Of a stretch of 64,000 nt of DNA, positions 12,573 through 26,767 are shown piece by piece (within the stretch, counting starts at the first letter, position 1; each line of letters opens with the position of its first letter). A program made the translations under genes and the position numbers. The notes under the pieces were generated by a model. The model was not told the DNA's origin. It ran no database searches and worked only from the letters and a program-made list of their open reading frames with translations. The DNA is from the human T2T-CHM13v2.0 reference genome, Homo sapiens: assembly GCF_009914755.1 (NCBI RefSeq), contig NC_060932.1; one strand, written 5' to 3'.

Positions 12573-13549
12573 CAGAAGAATGGATACATAATAATGTTTC
12601 AAAAAGTTCAGAGGAGAAAAAGCTTTGGTCAAAGGGCTGCAAGTGTTTCCACAGGTCCTCTACCTTAAGGCTGTGATTCTGCTCTCACCCCAAAAGAACT
12701 TTCCTGTTTGCAAAAGTAAACTACTTACAAGGAGACAATGTGATCATCCTGAAGGCTTCAAGTCCTTCCATTCCCCCAAAATCATGTCTCCAACAGGTAG
12801 GCAGAGAATGAGGCTTCCAGTTTGATTCCCCATATGGTTAAATTCGACATGAGAAAATACCTTGAGCACATGGAGCCCCTTGGATGCATCATCCCTGACT
12901 CACCCATTCCTTCATGTAGATAAATGAACACACTGATGCATTCTCCTCATGCTCCCAAAAAAATTTAAGGAGCGATTTTTTTTTTTTTTTTTTTGCCCTG
13001 TGTCTGATCACCACTGAGCTGGGATAGAGCAAACCTCTAGGTCAGCAGAGCAAAGAGTGCTGTCTAAGAAGGCTCTCAAGAGATCCATTATCCCTTAATT
13101 GACTGATGCTGATTTGGCCCCAGGTTAGTGGTAGGGATCACAGCGAGGAGAGGAAAGTGCTACCGCCAATGAACAGCTTTGCACACACTATATGGTTTCA
13201 GTGCCTACATGTGCACCTCTCACTTATGTCATCCTCTAAAAAGCTTACATTTCTTCTGACAGATTGACCTTCACCAGCATTTACTAACCTCACCAAAAGG
13301 CACCTTGTTTATTCCATTAAACAGACCTAGAAACTTATTCACAGTTCTATGCAGATAGGACCAGAGTTATGTGTCACTCAGAGGTGATACCCTTAACCTA
13401 ATATTTTGACATGTTCAAAAACAACCCCATTCATGTTATGCCAGATATTAGGAAATTATGCTAGAGGTGATAAGAGAGAGTGCTTTTAGCCACTATAATA
13501 GGTAGACAAATTTGCTGCTTCAAAGTGCCATTTCTTGCCAAAGGTTGCT

Positions 13550-13870
13550 TTTGTAAAAATTATTTTAGTGGGGAAAATTTATTTCAAACATACACAAAAT
13601 TACAGATAAAAGTGAAATGAACCTACAGATACCCATCACTCAGCTGTAATAATTATCACAGCTATTTTTCCTACGTCCTTATACACTTTCTTCCCAATCA
13701 AGTTTATTGTCGAGCACACCCCAGAACATAAATCTATATATCCATAAATATTTCAGTATGTCTGTTAACACTTCCATCACTCCAAAGTAAAACCTCTTAC
13801 CCATTAAGCAGTTTCTCCACCTTCCCACTGTCCTCCTTCCCCCAGCAAACAACGACGTGCATTCTACATT
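13550..13870 (-). mobile_element. Old L1M fragments
   Basis: tttcaaacatacacaaaa...atacccatcactcagct; aacacttccatcactccaaagtaaaacctcttacccattaagcagt. Confidence 0.6.
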
Positions 13871-14369
13871 GACCAGCATTTATGGAGATACAGATGCATC
13901 TCCACAAACAGAGTCTCTCTGAATGCCTCTCTTGAAAGAAAGAGATGGAGGAATATTTCATTTTAGTGGAAGTTCAGGCTAATACAGGGAGAAATGTTGC
14001 TTGTCTTGGTAAGAGTGTGGGATTCTTTACCTGGCATGGTCATGATAATGACTACCAGTTTTAACCCCTTCAATTCAATCCGAAACTTGCCCAGCCACTG
14101 TTGGACAATTCATGGATAAGTGCTTGACCCAGTGCAGCCAGTATGGCTGGGGTGATTTGATTCCACCCGTGAAGAATCTAAAATAGGTTTTTGAAAGTGA
14201 TATGAACTTTACCAACCAAGGCTAAAATGGAAAGGATGCACTGAAAGAAGATAGGAATTATGCTCGGTACTGGGAGGTCAGCAACAATTGAGGAAACAAA
14301 GTATAAATGGGTCAGAGGCTTAGAGCACAGAATTTACAGGTAGAGAGACTAAGATGATGAGCAATACCA

Positions 14370-14580
14370 ATATTAATGGTAACAGCATTAAGTGCTTATG
14401 TTTTGGACATGTGATGTTTCATTTACTCCTCACCACCCATGAGTGAGTTTCCATCATTATCACTGCTTTATAAATGAGGAAACTAAAGCTTAGAGCAGTT
14501 GAATAATGTGACCTTAGTGGTTTTGGACCTGAGGTTTGAAACCATACAATGGACTCCAAACCCTGGGCTCTCACTGAACT
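14370..14580 (-). mobile_element. MIR SINE
   Basis: ttataaatgaggaaactaaagcttagagcagttgaataatgtgacc core motif. Confidence 0.75.
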
Positions 14581-15477
14581 CAGCAGATATTTAAAGAACA
14601 GCAGCAACATTGTAAGAAGAGCAGAATGCATGCTCTCCACATTTTTTAGACAAAAAAAAATGCTCCATTCCTATGACCAAAGAGCCTAATAAAATGGATG
14701 CCACCAGGGAAAGGAGGGCCTTGGAGGAGAGGGCTCCTAGCGGAAGCCACGGGCAAGCCCTGAGTTCAGGTCACTCGTGGTGGTTGCCTTGGGAACAGAG
14801 TCTTTCCGAGAGGACTCTATCAATTTAGCAGTTTCGCCCGAGGCCACCCTGCAGGGCAATTACTCGATACAAAGCTGCCCTCTTTAGAAAGGCTTAAAAT
14901 CTTTCCGCTAAAAATAATTTTGATCAAGTCATTTAACCTGTGTGGATCACAGCCTCACCATAGTAAACCAATGAAATTTTATTTTCAAGGACTTTTTCTA
15001 GCTGTACCCTTCAATGAAATTAATAATGAACCAAGTCATACTGGAAGGACTCATTCCTTAGGAAGAGTAATTTAACCACAAAAAACAAAAAGAACCATAA
15101 GCTCAATAGCTATAAGAGGAAAATATTTGCTGAGACTCTGTATAATTTCTTAGTACATTCTACTAAACACCCTGACTTTATGCCCAGGCAACGCACCATG
15201 AAAGCTGCATTTCAGCAACCCTTGCCTTTAAGACCTTTTTGGTTTGTTTGCTTGTTTGAACAGAGTTCAATCCTAAATTGATTTTTTTTAAGACAGAAAA
15301 AAAGAAAAGTAAAAAATGCCCCAGATGAACTGAACCTTCAAGAGTAACACCTGATAAACTCAATGCTTAATTACTAAGCTGAAACGTCCATCCCACTGAG
15401 TGATTCCGTTTCACCTGGCCTCATCTCAGGTATTTATCGAGTGATTCAAGACTATTTTGAAATCTGTTTTAAAAGAG

Positions 15478-15606
15478 ATCTATCTATCTATCCATCCATC
15501 TATCATCTATCTATCTATCATCTATCATACAACTATTTATCTATCCATTATCTATCTATCTACTTACCTACCTACCTATCTACCAACCTACCTACCTACC
15601 TACCTA
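15478..15606. repeat. Degenerate (TCTA)n/(CCTA)n tetranucleotide repeat
   Basis: Directly visible. Confidence 0.95.
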
Positions 15607-15775
15607 AAGATACGTGTGCCCTGATCAAGGGAAATCTGACTTGGGAATATGTCAGCCGAAGTAAATGCTGCTGATTGGTTTTATAAAAGTGACACAAACT
15701 TTACCAACAGAGGCTAAAGTGGAAAAGATAAAGTGAAAGAAGTTACGAATTAGACTCAGTACCAGGAGGCCATAA

Positions 15776-15777
<2 letters not shown>

Positions 15778-15816
<39 letters not shown>

Positions 15817-15995
15817 CTCTCTCTCATACATACACATACATATATTACACATATTAATATATATACACATACATACACATATTTATATATGCATATACAT
15901 ATGAATATATATACACATACATAGATGTACAAATATATATACACAGACATATATATTATATATATAATATATATATAAAATATAATATATATTAT
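15778..15995. repeat. Compound (CA)n-(CT)n-(TA)-rich microsatellite
   Basis: Directly visible. Confidence 0.95.
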
Positions 15996-16064
15996 CTGGA
16001 TTAGATGATAGAAACCTGTAAGAATGTACTTTTGATTTGGTGTATGTATGCACTAATCTTCACT

Positions 16065-16600
16065 TATTCAATGTTTTGCTTTCAACGGTTTCAGTTACCC
16101 ACGGTCAACCGTGTTCTGAAAATATTCAACGAAAAATTTCAGAAAAAAACAACTCTTAAGTTGTAAGTTGCGGGCCATTCTTCGAGTGTGATGAAACCCT
16201 GCACCGCCCTGCTGCATCCTGCCTTGGTCCCGAATCATTCCTCTGTCCAGAAGGTCCCTGCTGTTTGCACCGCCTGCCTGGAGTTGGGAGTCACTCAGTG
16301 CCCATCTCAGGGACTGGATGGACGCCCATGGGGTTGTGGTGTCTGTGTTCAAGTAACCCTTATTTTACTTGTACTTAATGATGGCAAGCGGGTGGATACT
16401 TGCATACTGTTAGAACTGTTTTTACTTTATTATTAGTTATTGTTTATCTCATATGTGCCCCGTTTATAAATTAAACTTTATCATGGGTACAAAGTACGAG
16501 AAAAGCATAGTTTATGTAGGGTTTGGTGTTAGCCACAGTTTCGGCCATCCACTGGGGTCCTGAAACTTATCCTTCAAGGATAAGGGGGGGATGTCTGTAC
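16065..16600 (+). mobile_element. MER44 (TcMar-Tigger) DNA transposon, longer form
   Basis: ggtttcagttacccacggtcaaccgtgttctgaaaatatt...tgtgatgaaaccctgcacc...ggccatccactggggtcctgaaacttatcc...ggataagggggg. Confidence 0.85.
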
Positions 16601-17036
16601 GTGTGCAAGGGTGTGAGTGTGTATATGGCAGTGAATAAACTCAGGAAGAAATGCAAGCTGTTTAAAAAATACAAAGAATTTTTAAGTGAACTTCTTATCC
16701 TTGAGTTCCAATGTGCTAAATTAATACTTAATAAAGATATTTAATTATTTAAGGATACTACCATTACCAATATACTACTTAAAACATTGAGCTGATGCAT
16801 GGAATTGGAAGCCTGCATTTCACGATGAGAATGGGAGCCTTCGGCTTCCTACTCAGCACCATTCCATGTTTCATCTCCCAGTGTCTCCCTAGTGCTTCCA
16901 GGCGGGGTCTGCTGCATCTTATTTATTACTGATAGCCAAGAGACTGATGAGGGCTGTTCGACAGCATCGTAGAAAAATGGATTTGCTTCTGCCTGGAAGC
17001 ATTGGGAACACTGCTCAATTTAAAATACAGAAACTC

Positions 17037-17456
<420 letters not shown>

Positions 17457-18839
17457 TCATCTAATACCGCTGATGCTACAATAGGGCTGTACTGAAGCAA
17501 TTTTCCCTTTCCAGTTAGAGACATAACTCTTCTTTTACTTCATCCAAACCCTCCAGAGTAGCCTCTGTTCTTGTTTTGAGAGCAATAGCTCCCCTGTGGT
17601 GTGCAAAGAGAGGAGTGAGGAGGGAATGCTGTTTTTGTAAAACAAAATAGGTGATATGAATGTGGACATGGGAGGACACACGCCAGCCACCACAACGATG
17701 TGAAACAGGTACATTTGCAAAATAACTCTTTTCAATCACCAGCATTTCCTTCAGCTGATACATTCCCAAGTCATATTTCCCTTGATCAGGCACACGGTAA
17801 CGGGCAAGTTGCCCCTGGCTCCTTAATGGCTTTCTGTCTGATTTGGATATTTAGTGATATTACTCAACACAGATCCAAAACTTGGCTTATACATCATATA
17901 TGGCAAGATAAAAAACAAACAAAACACACACACACACACACACAACCAGATTCTGCAAATATTGACTCAAGACTTTTAATCCTGGAAGTTGAGCAACTGT
18001 ATAATTTACAAAATCCTTAGATGATTCCAGAATGCATCTACAAAATGCAGGTATTAGGCAAAATGTTTTAGAAGTCTCTGTGTCAATATATTCATGTTTC
18101 CCTGTGTATTAGCTACTGATTCTGTCCAGTTACACAGTAAAAAGCAAATTCTGCCTTTAGAAAATATGAGTCAGCATGACTTGCTTCAGTGTCTGACTTC
18201 ACTACTCATTTAACTCTCTCCACAGGTAAGTCTGAATCTCTTGGTGCCCTGGTTCACTCGGCTGAGAAATGGGCTGCCCTCTGGAGAGGCTTGCTATCAG
18301 GATTAAATTCATGGACAACAGAAACTCGTTTGGAGCAAGGCCTACCACACCTCTAGCCTTTACAATGTTGCTGCAGATACCACACATGCTCCTTGCTAAT
18401 CTGGCCAATTACACTTTCTATCAGTATTCATTTTGAAAATATGCATTGATTTCCTAATTTATGCCTAGAATTTCTCTAAATATATGACATAGAGTTGTAA
18501 ATAAAACAGACAAAAATTATAGCCTCCTAAAGCTTTCTTGCTAGGGAAAGAAAATAAACAGTAGACAGGTAAATGGGTAAAATACATGGTTTTCAGTGGG
18601 AATAAGTGCGGTGGATTAAAAAAAATAGAGGGAATAGAAATACAAAGAACTACCTAAAGCAGGTGTGAAGGAGATTAATAATATAAATTCTACGTTTCCA
18701 ACACTGTTGTATGCAGTTTACATACATTAAATCTTTTCAGTACTCATAAAACCCTGTAATCGCATCACATCTGCGTCTAATCATATTCTATGTGTATTAA
18801 CACAATTTGATTCTCACTCAACATTTGTGTGTGTGTGTA

Positions 18840-19140
<301 letters not shown>

Positions 19141-19289
19141 TGAGTAGAATATCATTTCCAGTGTGTCTACCACCTGCCTCACCATGGCTCCCAGGCCCTG
19201 GCTCCTGCAACACCAGGCAATGGCAGAGTGAATCTTTCTCATGCCCCAGGTCTTCCATCACTTGCGACCTGGCCTGACTCAGCTTTTGC

Positions 19290-19505
19290 AGAATGGAGCT
19301 GTGGATAAGGACACACCTGCTTCACACTGCCTGGCTTCAAATTCACCTTTACCAATCATTAGGTGTGTCGCTTTGCCTCAGATCCTCATCTGCAAAGTGG
19401 GAGTGGCATAAATAGGCCCTATTTTGTGAGGCTGCTGGGATGTTACGTATGTCTACATATGAATGCGTGAAAGCCATGCCTGGCATGTAGAAGGTGCTGT
19501 GTGCA
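19290..19505 (+). mobile_element. MIR SINE
   Basis: ctgcctggcttcaaat...tgcctcagatcctcatctgcaaagtggg...atgcctggcatgtag. Confidence 0.7.
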
Positions 19506-21904
19506 TCCTACTAGAACATTCTGTGTGAAGCATTCTGGGTAAGGTTTCTCCCTGAGCCCTCTCCCCTACCTCCTGTCATTTCCTCCCAGGATCTGATACA
19601 CAGGTGACATTCAGCACACGACTGTGGTTACATGATTACGTCCAATTATAAAGTGCTTTAAGCGGATTTGAAAGTCAGTGTTCACTTATATTATAGTCAT
19701 GTAACTACAATAGTCCCATATTATATTTTAATCTTAAATTAGATGGGAACAGAGACAATTAGTTTAATAAAAATTGCATTTCCTACCCTAATCACAAACA
19801 ATGACTATCGGGAGAAATTATCATTGATTTTTTGCTTCTAGAGATAAGCCGATTGGGAGTAATGGCCTATAAGTTTATCTTGCTAAAGTAAATTGATGTG
19901 ACTTCCTTCAGGAGGCAAAGACAGCTGACCACAAACCTCACATTCCTAATGTGACCCTCCTTTCTCAATCACATTCTTCATTGTGCAATCTTTATTTCTA
20001 TAATGCTTTTACTGATAAAGAAATGCAAATTATTTTAGAATTAAAGTTACAGAAAAATTAATTGTTAAATGCCATCATCTTGCTCTCTGTTGAAAAATTT
20101 CTCTGTTGAACATTTTTTACTTACACTGTTACTGGTTTCTTTTTACCAATCTCCTTGCACAGAGTAGCATATATCCTCCTATGTCATTTAAAACACTGTC
20201 AAAAGAGATCACCCTCTCAGTTACTAAGCTTTTTTTAAGCTACCTTGGTTGCCCCAACAATCCACACTGACCAGGAAAATCAATTACAATTTCTTGTCTT
20301 CACGTTTCTGACTTCCAAATTGAGGCAGTGATATTTAATTAAAGATTCTCTGACCACATTCATTTAAGCTCCCATGAAATCGTCTGAAATCAAAGGAGAA
20401 AAATAAAAATAGCCAAGATGGTAGTATTTAAAACTACCAAAACATAACCCATTTAATGTTAAGTCAGCCTTATTTAGTCTTTGCCCAGTGAGAATTCCCT
20501 CAAACTCTGACTTGCTTGTGCTCTAAAGGTAGATAATTGTCAAGGGAAATTCTTAAAAGAAACAACTAAATTACTTGTAATAAATTGCAGAAGAATGCAG
20601 TGACAAACTAATGAAGTGAAAAGGGGCCATGTCTCCCTTTCTGGTGTCTGTAAGTTTCAAACACTAATGTAAATGATTACTATAGTCTCTTTCCATTAGC
20701 ATTGTGTGGGCTCTAACATACACTTTTATTTACTAAATACATTTAGTAGATATGTGTAATAAAAATATATGCCCTTTGATCTATACATTTAATAAGCACA
20801 GAAATAAATTATATGAAGTAATGAATTTTATGCTACTTAAAAAGCAAGAGAGCCCTAACAGAAAACAGCGACGATCACAGTGGAAGGAAGAGAAGTCTTA
20901 GATATTTGTATGTGTATTTTGCATATTTCAGTACATCGTACAATGCATACAGGCATTGGGGCCTGGCAAAAATAACTACAATTGTACATTCTTCTCATAC
21001 AATATGCATGGTGGTTATCACACCTTTTATTTATTTCAATTTTGGGGGAAAATGACTTGAAGCTCATATGTGCAGTGAATACATAATTTAAGTTAGAGTT
21101 TTGATCCTGGTGATCAGAAATGCAAATACTGGTCCTGCCGCCAAACATGAATGCCCTTCCCTTTTCAGGGCTCTGTGCTCTTGTCACAGGGATGGCAAAC
21201 ATCCTCAGGGGGCAGCAGTCACCACTGAGGGGACCAAGAGAAGACATGCCTTAGACAGGGCTTAGATAACAGATAGGTCTTTCTACTGAATGCACACAGA
21301 CACATGGAAGGTGCCACCCTGTGGTCACCAACCCTAATTTCAAAGACAAATTCAGAGTAACGTAAAATAAAACAACCTCCGTCAACTGGGTGCACTATAC
21401 AAATAGGCTCACACGCCTGACACCATGTTTCTCTTCATCTAAAATAGGCATCAATAAATGTTACTTATTAGGGCATTCATATTTCATTCACAGTCTCGAA
21501 ATCTGTAAGGCCTCCATGGTCTTCCCTCTGTCCTTGATGAATGCACATATTTATATGCACAAAAAGGTGTGTTCAAACTTTAGACATGATCTATTCAGAG
21601 ATATATATTGTTATATTGTAACTATGTCTTTCTTTTTTCTGTTTTCTAGTTATGTTCTTACATTTCACCTGACACAGGTTTAATTTCAAAATAGTGGGGA
21701 TTTATTCTATAAGTTTACATTTTATTTAGATCAGAGTTAATTGTAAGTTTAAACAATGTTTGCAGTTAAAGTATCTGATGCATGCCAGATACTATAAGGA
21801 ATGCAATCCCCACTCCTGTCCTCAAACTCTTGTCCCAGGCATTCTGTTCTCATCCTTTGAAACTTCTGACAAAGCTGTAGATTGTCTTTAGAAAGAATAC
21901 AAAA

Positions 21905-22160
21905 TTACAGCTGGACAGGATGAATCTGTTCTAGTGTTCTACGGCACCACAGTGTGACTGTAGTTAACCACTTATTACACGTTTACAAATAGTTAGAAGA
22001 CAGGATTTAGAATGTTCCCAACACAGAGAAATAATAAATGTTTGAAGTGATGCACCTGTTAATTACTCTGGTTTGATCACTACACATATTATGTTTCAAA
22101 ATATCTCTCTGTATTCCACAAATATGTATAATTATTACACGTCAATTGAAAAAAAGGGAA
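21905..22160 (+). mobile_element. L1MA-type 3' end
   Basis: caggatgaatctgttctagtgttctacggcacc...gaatgttcccaacacagagaaataataaatgtttgaagtgatg...aattattacacgtcaattgaaaaaa. Confidence 0.85.
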
Positions 22161-22705
22161 AGCTGATTAAATCTGGGAATGCTTAAGTTTTTGAAAACTA
22201 ACACATTAAGTCTCTCAAAAGGCCTTTCTGTGCTGAACATTTACAGTTCATAGGGAAATCTGTTAATGTTTAAATTCCTGTGTTGTAAGACTGTACCACA
22301 TGGCATAATGGGTATTATAAGTTTTAAACTATTGATCCACAGTTATCACAAAAATAGCAACAGATGCTACAGTCAGCTGAGATCAATGGAAAAAGGTAAA
22401 AAAAATTCAATTTTGTTAGTAACAAAGAATGCAGACATTTTACATTTGGGACAATTAAAAAAGCAGGGAAGTTGAAGAATCTCCAGTAAATAATGCTGGT
22501 TGCAGCCTTCAAGCAATGAGGACATTTTCTCTAAAAATTACAGAGAAACTAATGCCAGAGTTCGATTCTCCTTCATGATCCCTATCATTAAAATTGTCTT
22601 GGACTCTTCTGGGGGTCATTGAAATACCAATAAAATTAGTAGCCACTTACAATATGCTGTTTTTCATAGAGTAAAAGATGCAACAAAGGTATTCATTTTA
22701 CAGAA

Positions 22706-22959
22706 TTTTATTTTATTTTTCTTTTTGAGATGGAGTTTCACTCTTGTCCTCCAGGCTAGAGTGCAATAGCATGATCTTGGCTCACTGCAACCCCCACCTC
22801 CCAGGTTCAAGTGAGTCTCCTGCCTCAGCCTTCCAAGTTGCTGACACTGCAGGCACCTGCCAACATGCCCAGCGAATTTTTGTATTTTTAGTACAGATGG
22901 GGTTTGACCATGTTGGACAGGCTGGTCTCGAACTCCTTAACTCAAATGATCCGCCTTCC
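22706..22959 (-). mobile_element. Alu (AluS-type), lacking roughly the first 45 nt of the 5' end
   Basis: T-rich tail, gagatggagtttcactcttgtc...aaatgatccgccttcc, then non-Alu sequence. Confidence 0.93.
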
Positions 22960-23537
22960 TTTCATTGGGCAGCACAAATTTAAAGAATAACTGATGATAA
23001 AATGCAATGCTGAATAAGAGCCAAATGCCTGCTACAGAAAAATAGGTAGACTTTTGCAGGAGAACTCACAAGTGGGAGACATCCTTCTGCGGTAAAATAC
23101 TCAGAGGAGGGTTCACCGATGGATGTGATATACAGACGGAAAGGAGAAGGATTTCTGCCACAGGGAAAGTTATATGGCACACACAGGAAGGAGGACGAGC
23201 AGGGGCTGAGGTAGTGTGATTTGATGCTGGTAAAGAGACAAATGTAGGGACCTGGGATGTAGATTTTACGAGATGTATTGGGGAAGAGGAGTCGAAGCAA
23301 ACAAAACAAACTGCAAACGAAGAGTCTAAAAGACTTGGTACCTAGTTCCACAAAGGAAAGCAAAGGAAAAAGTGAAATGAAGAATCACTGTGTTTACCTT
23401 GAGCATCAGCTTAGGGAGGCTATGCAGGCAACAGAGTGCCCAGTGGAGGAGAGTATAGCAGAGAGGATGAGGCAGAGCCCTACTCAGCTTCTGTGCCCAG
23501 GGGTGGGAGGAAACTGGGATCAGAAGAAGATAGAGGG

Positions 23538-23813
23538 GGCCAGGGGTGGTGGCTCACACCTGTAACCCCAGCACTTTGGAGGCCAAGGTGGACGGATCAC
23601 CTCAGGTCAGGATTTCCAGACCAGCCTGGCCAATATGGTGAAACTCCGTCTCTACTAAAAATACAAAAATTAGCCAGGTGTGGTGATACGTGCCTGTGAT
23701 CCCAGCTACTTGGAGTTTGAGGCAAGAGAATCACTTGAAGCTGGGAGGTGGAGGTTGCAGTGAGCTGAGATCGTGCTATTGCAGTCCAGCCCGGGCAACA
23801 GAGCAAGACTCCG

Positions 23814-23845
<32 letters not shown>
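23538..23845 (+). mobile_element. Alu (AluS-type) with a long A tail
   Basis: Full Alu; TSD-like cagaagaagatagagg / gaagaagaaggtagagg. Confidence 0.96.
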
Positions 23846-23846
<1 letters not shown>

Positions 23847-25322
23847 ATACAGAAGAAGAAGGTAGAGGAGGTATGACTCCATGCGGTAGAGTTTAGTAGG
23901 TCAGAGACTAAATGGTTAAAGAGGTTTGCAGCTTCCCTTTCAAGAAGTTTGACAGTGAGAGGGGAGACCGAAGGGGAAAGTATCACAGGATGGCATATAG
24001 GGCCAGGTTATCCCATCCAGCTTCTGAAGTTAATCATTTTGTGTACCTACATCATGACAGAGGGAGTAGCAATTTTACATATTTACCAAGTAAAATGTAC
24101 TTCCCATTTCCTTTTGTTTTACAGTTTTTAGTAGGCACATTTATTTCTATCCATTTATGATATGCATTTTTTGACTTCAAGATTAACTGTTTGTTAGAAC
24201 CTGAATTATTCAGTGCAAATAGTGCAGACAGATAACTTCTAGCAAAACTGAAAAGTAATAAGGATTTCTAAACTTCTAACTGGGAAATTAACACTACACA
24301 AAATTTCTCCTCTCTGAGTGCGCATTCTTACTGAGAAAGAAGAAAATACCCAGTGGTGGTTGAATTTATTTGTGGGAATATGCCCATTTCTCTATGACCC
24401 TCCATGGCCCTTCTACCCTTTCTTTCTCAAATGTGCTCAAGTCGGCTTTAGCAAACTCTTGTGGACCAAAGGTAAAGGTTCCAATTCCTTACCATGTGAG
24501 TCATATTCTGGCCCAAACCTACTTTTTCATAATTATTTCCCACAAATGGCAAATCTAATTCCACTTTTTCCAAAGAATCTTGGTTTTTTTTTTTTTTAAC
24601 CCTGCAAATTGCCTTTCTAGGCTGGAATTCTCTCCTTTTCTTCCCAGCTTCACACTCATTCAGCACATTCTTGCCTCACATCCTGGTGCACCTGGCTCTG
24701 CTGATGAGGAATCCTGTCCATCAGTCTATTTGTCTATCCACCTAGTCACTTCTATCGCCTTTCTGTAAAGTGAGTCTTCTATAGCCCACCATTAAGGAGA
24801 AGTGATCATTCCAATCTGGATGTTCTGTAGATAGACTTAATTCTCACCTAGACATTTTATTACTCCTAAGATTTCAGGTAAACATAACGTTCATACAAAT
24901 GTTTATGAAATCTGGTATCCAGGGAGACAGTCCATAACTTACATTAACATTTCAGTGGCGAATCTGACCCGAATATTTTTCAAGAACTATAAGTAAAATT
25001 GTAAACTCCTGCAGAAAGAGTCAGTAAATTTTTAATTGTGCTCCTCTATCTAATGCTTACAATAGGCCTGCGGTCTATGATTTATACATTTTTAAAAACA
25101 TTTCTGATGGATAGTTGGCACTGCACTGAAAATAAAATAAACCTGCCTGTGGACATGGTGAAGAAAGTGACGCATTGCCTCTGCCCCGGGCCAGTAGTGC
25201 TTCACCCTAGGACGTGCCCAGGTCCACTTTTCCTTCTGCTCGTCCTGAAGGACGTCTCTCCCATACACCTGCACTCAGAGTCAGCACTCCAGTTTAATCA
25301 CCTGAGAAGCTTGCATAGGATC

Positions 25323-25410
25323 AGAGAGAGAGAGAGAGAGAAGAAAAAAAACAAAAACAAAACGAAACGAAACAAAAACACCAACAACAGCAACAACAAA
25401 AAACAAACAG
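25323..25410. repeat. (GA)n followed by an A-rich (CAAAA/CAA) low-complexity tract
   Basis: Directly visible. Confidence 0.9.
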
Positions 25411-26143
25411 AGAACTCCTCATATAAGGAGACCCAACTTCTTCACTGTGAAGAGTTACTTCTGCGTTTCTAAATGTGTTATGACTGCAATGGATAACAGA
25501 GTATTTCCGTGCGAATGCGCTGAGCAGCCTCATGTCGCACTCATCTTCTTGACAGGATACCACGAGGCACAGACTACACAACTAGTGGAAGCAGTAAAAT
25601 CCACGCCACCCTTGGAACATACGCCTAGCACACTTGTCTCACTTGACCGCCATGGTCCCTGTATGGCAGCTGTGCTTAGCTCCATCTCACTGCTGGATAA
25701 ACAAACCTTTAAAGGAACTGAGAGACTTGCTCAGTGTCATGAAGGTCTTCAGGCTCCAAAAGCCAGCATCTCTCTACTGTGCTACACGACTCTTTTCATG
25801 AATGCAGAGTGTTCTGCCCTTTTTTTGTGGTTTTATTTTGCTCAGGCATTGAAATATTCCAGGAATTATTCAAGGAACATGAAGCGAATTCTGCCTCTCT
25901 GGAGATGGCTTTCCTGGATGCTGGAAGCAACAAACAACTTGCTGCTTTTGCTCTTTAGAAAAATAGATAATTTGCCGTCCACACATAAAACTGCATTGCG
26001 TGGAATAGTGTGACATTAGGATGGTGTTAGAAAATAATAAGTATTATGTGGAGACTTCTGAATAAGTAATTGATATTGACTTAGAAGACTGGAAAAAGTT
26101 TCTTCAAAAAGAATAATGGAAAGAAACAAGGGTGGTTGCAGGG

Positions 26144-26767
26144 TGTGAAAGAAAATTAAATCTTGGGACCTCAAACTCATTACGCCGAAGGGAAAAGTCA
26201 AGCTGGGAACTAGGTCTCGAAAACCTTCCTTCCCCTTTTTGGTTCCTAAATGAGGTGATTACAAGATGAAAAGCTCCACACTTCTCCGTATTTTTTCCCA
26301 TAAAGACATTCCTAGTGAGCTGCAAGATCGTTACTCCCAGGTGTTTCTGTTAAAATTTCACCATGGCAATGTAAATTGATAAGTTTATCTTTACAGCTGC
26401 CGTCACTCCCTTGCCCACCAGACACAAATGCATATCTGCTTCCTCCTCTAACCAATTTCGTCTATGTTATCGTATGTAAAATCCAGATTCCCTGCCTTTT
26501 CCTCTGCACCATTTGTCTTTGTCACCTTACATAAAAAATTGGAGAATCACTGACCCAGACAGAGGCATGAATGATTATCTTCCCCTACCCCCGTTACATG
26601 AAAATTGTGTATTTCTCAATATCCTGCCCTTTCCCCTTCAATGTGGAGCCCTCACAATCCTCTTCCGAGAAGGACATAGACCTGTCTCCCCAGCATGCAT
26701 CCTTCCCTTTGGCAAGTAAACCTCCTGAAATGATTGAGACTTGTCTCGTCACTTTTCTGGATTGACA
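26144..26767 (+). mobile_element. ERV1 solo LTR (MER4-group)
   Basis: TG...CA ends; starts tgtgaaagaaaattaaatcttgggacctcaaactca...gggaaaagtcaagctgggaact; 4-bp TSD aggg at 26140-26143 and 26768-26771. Confidence 0.88.

Noticed and set aside
25447-26013. Longest ORF (188 aa)
   Set aside because: Non-ATG start, no recognisable domain and no supporting splice structure.
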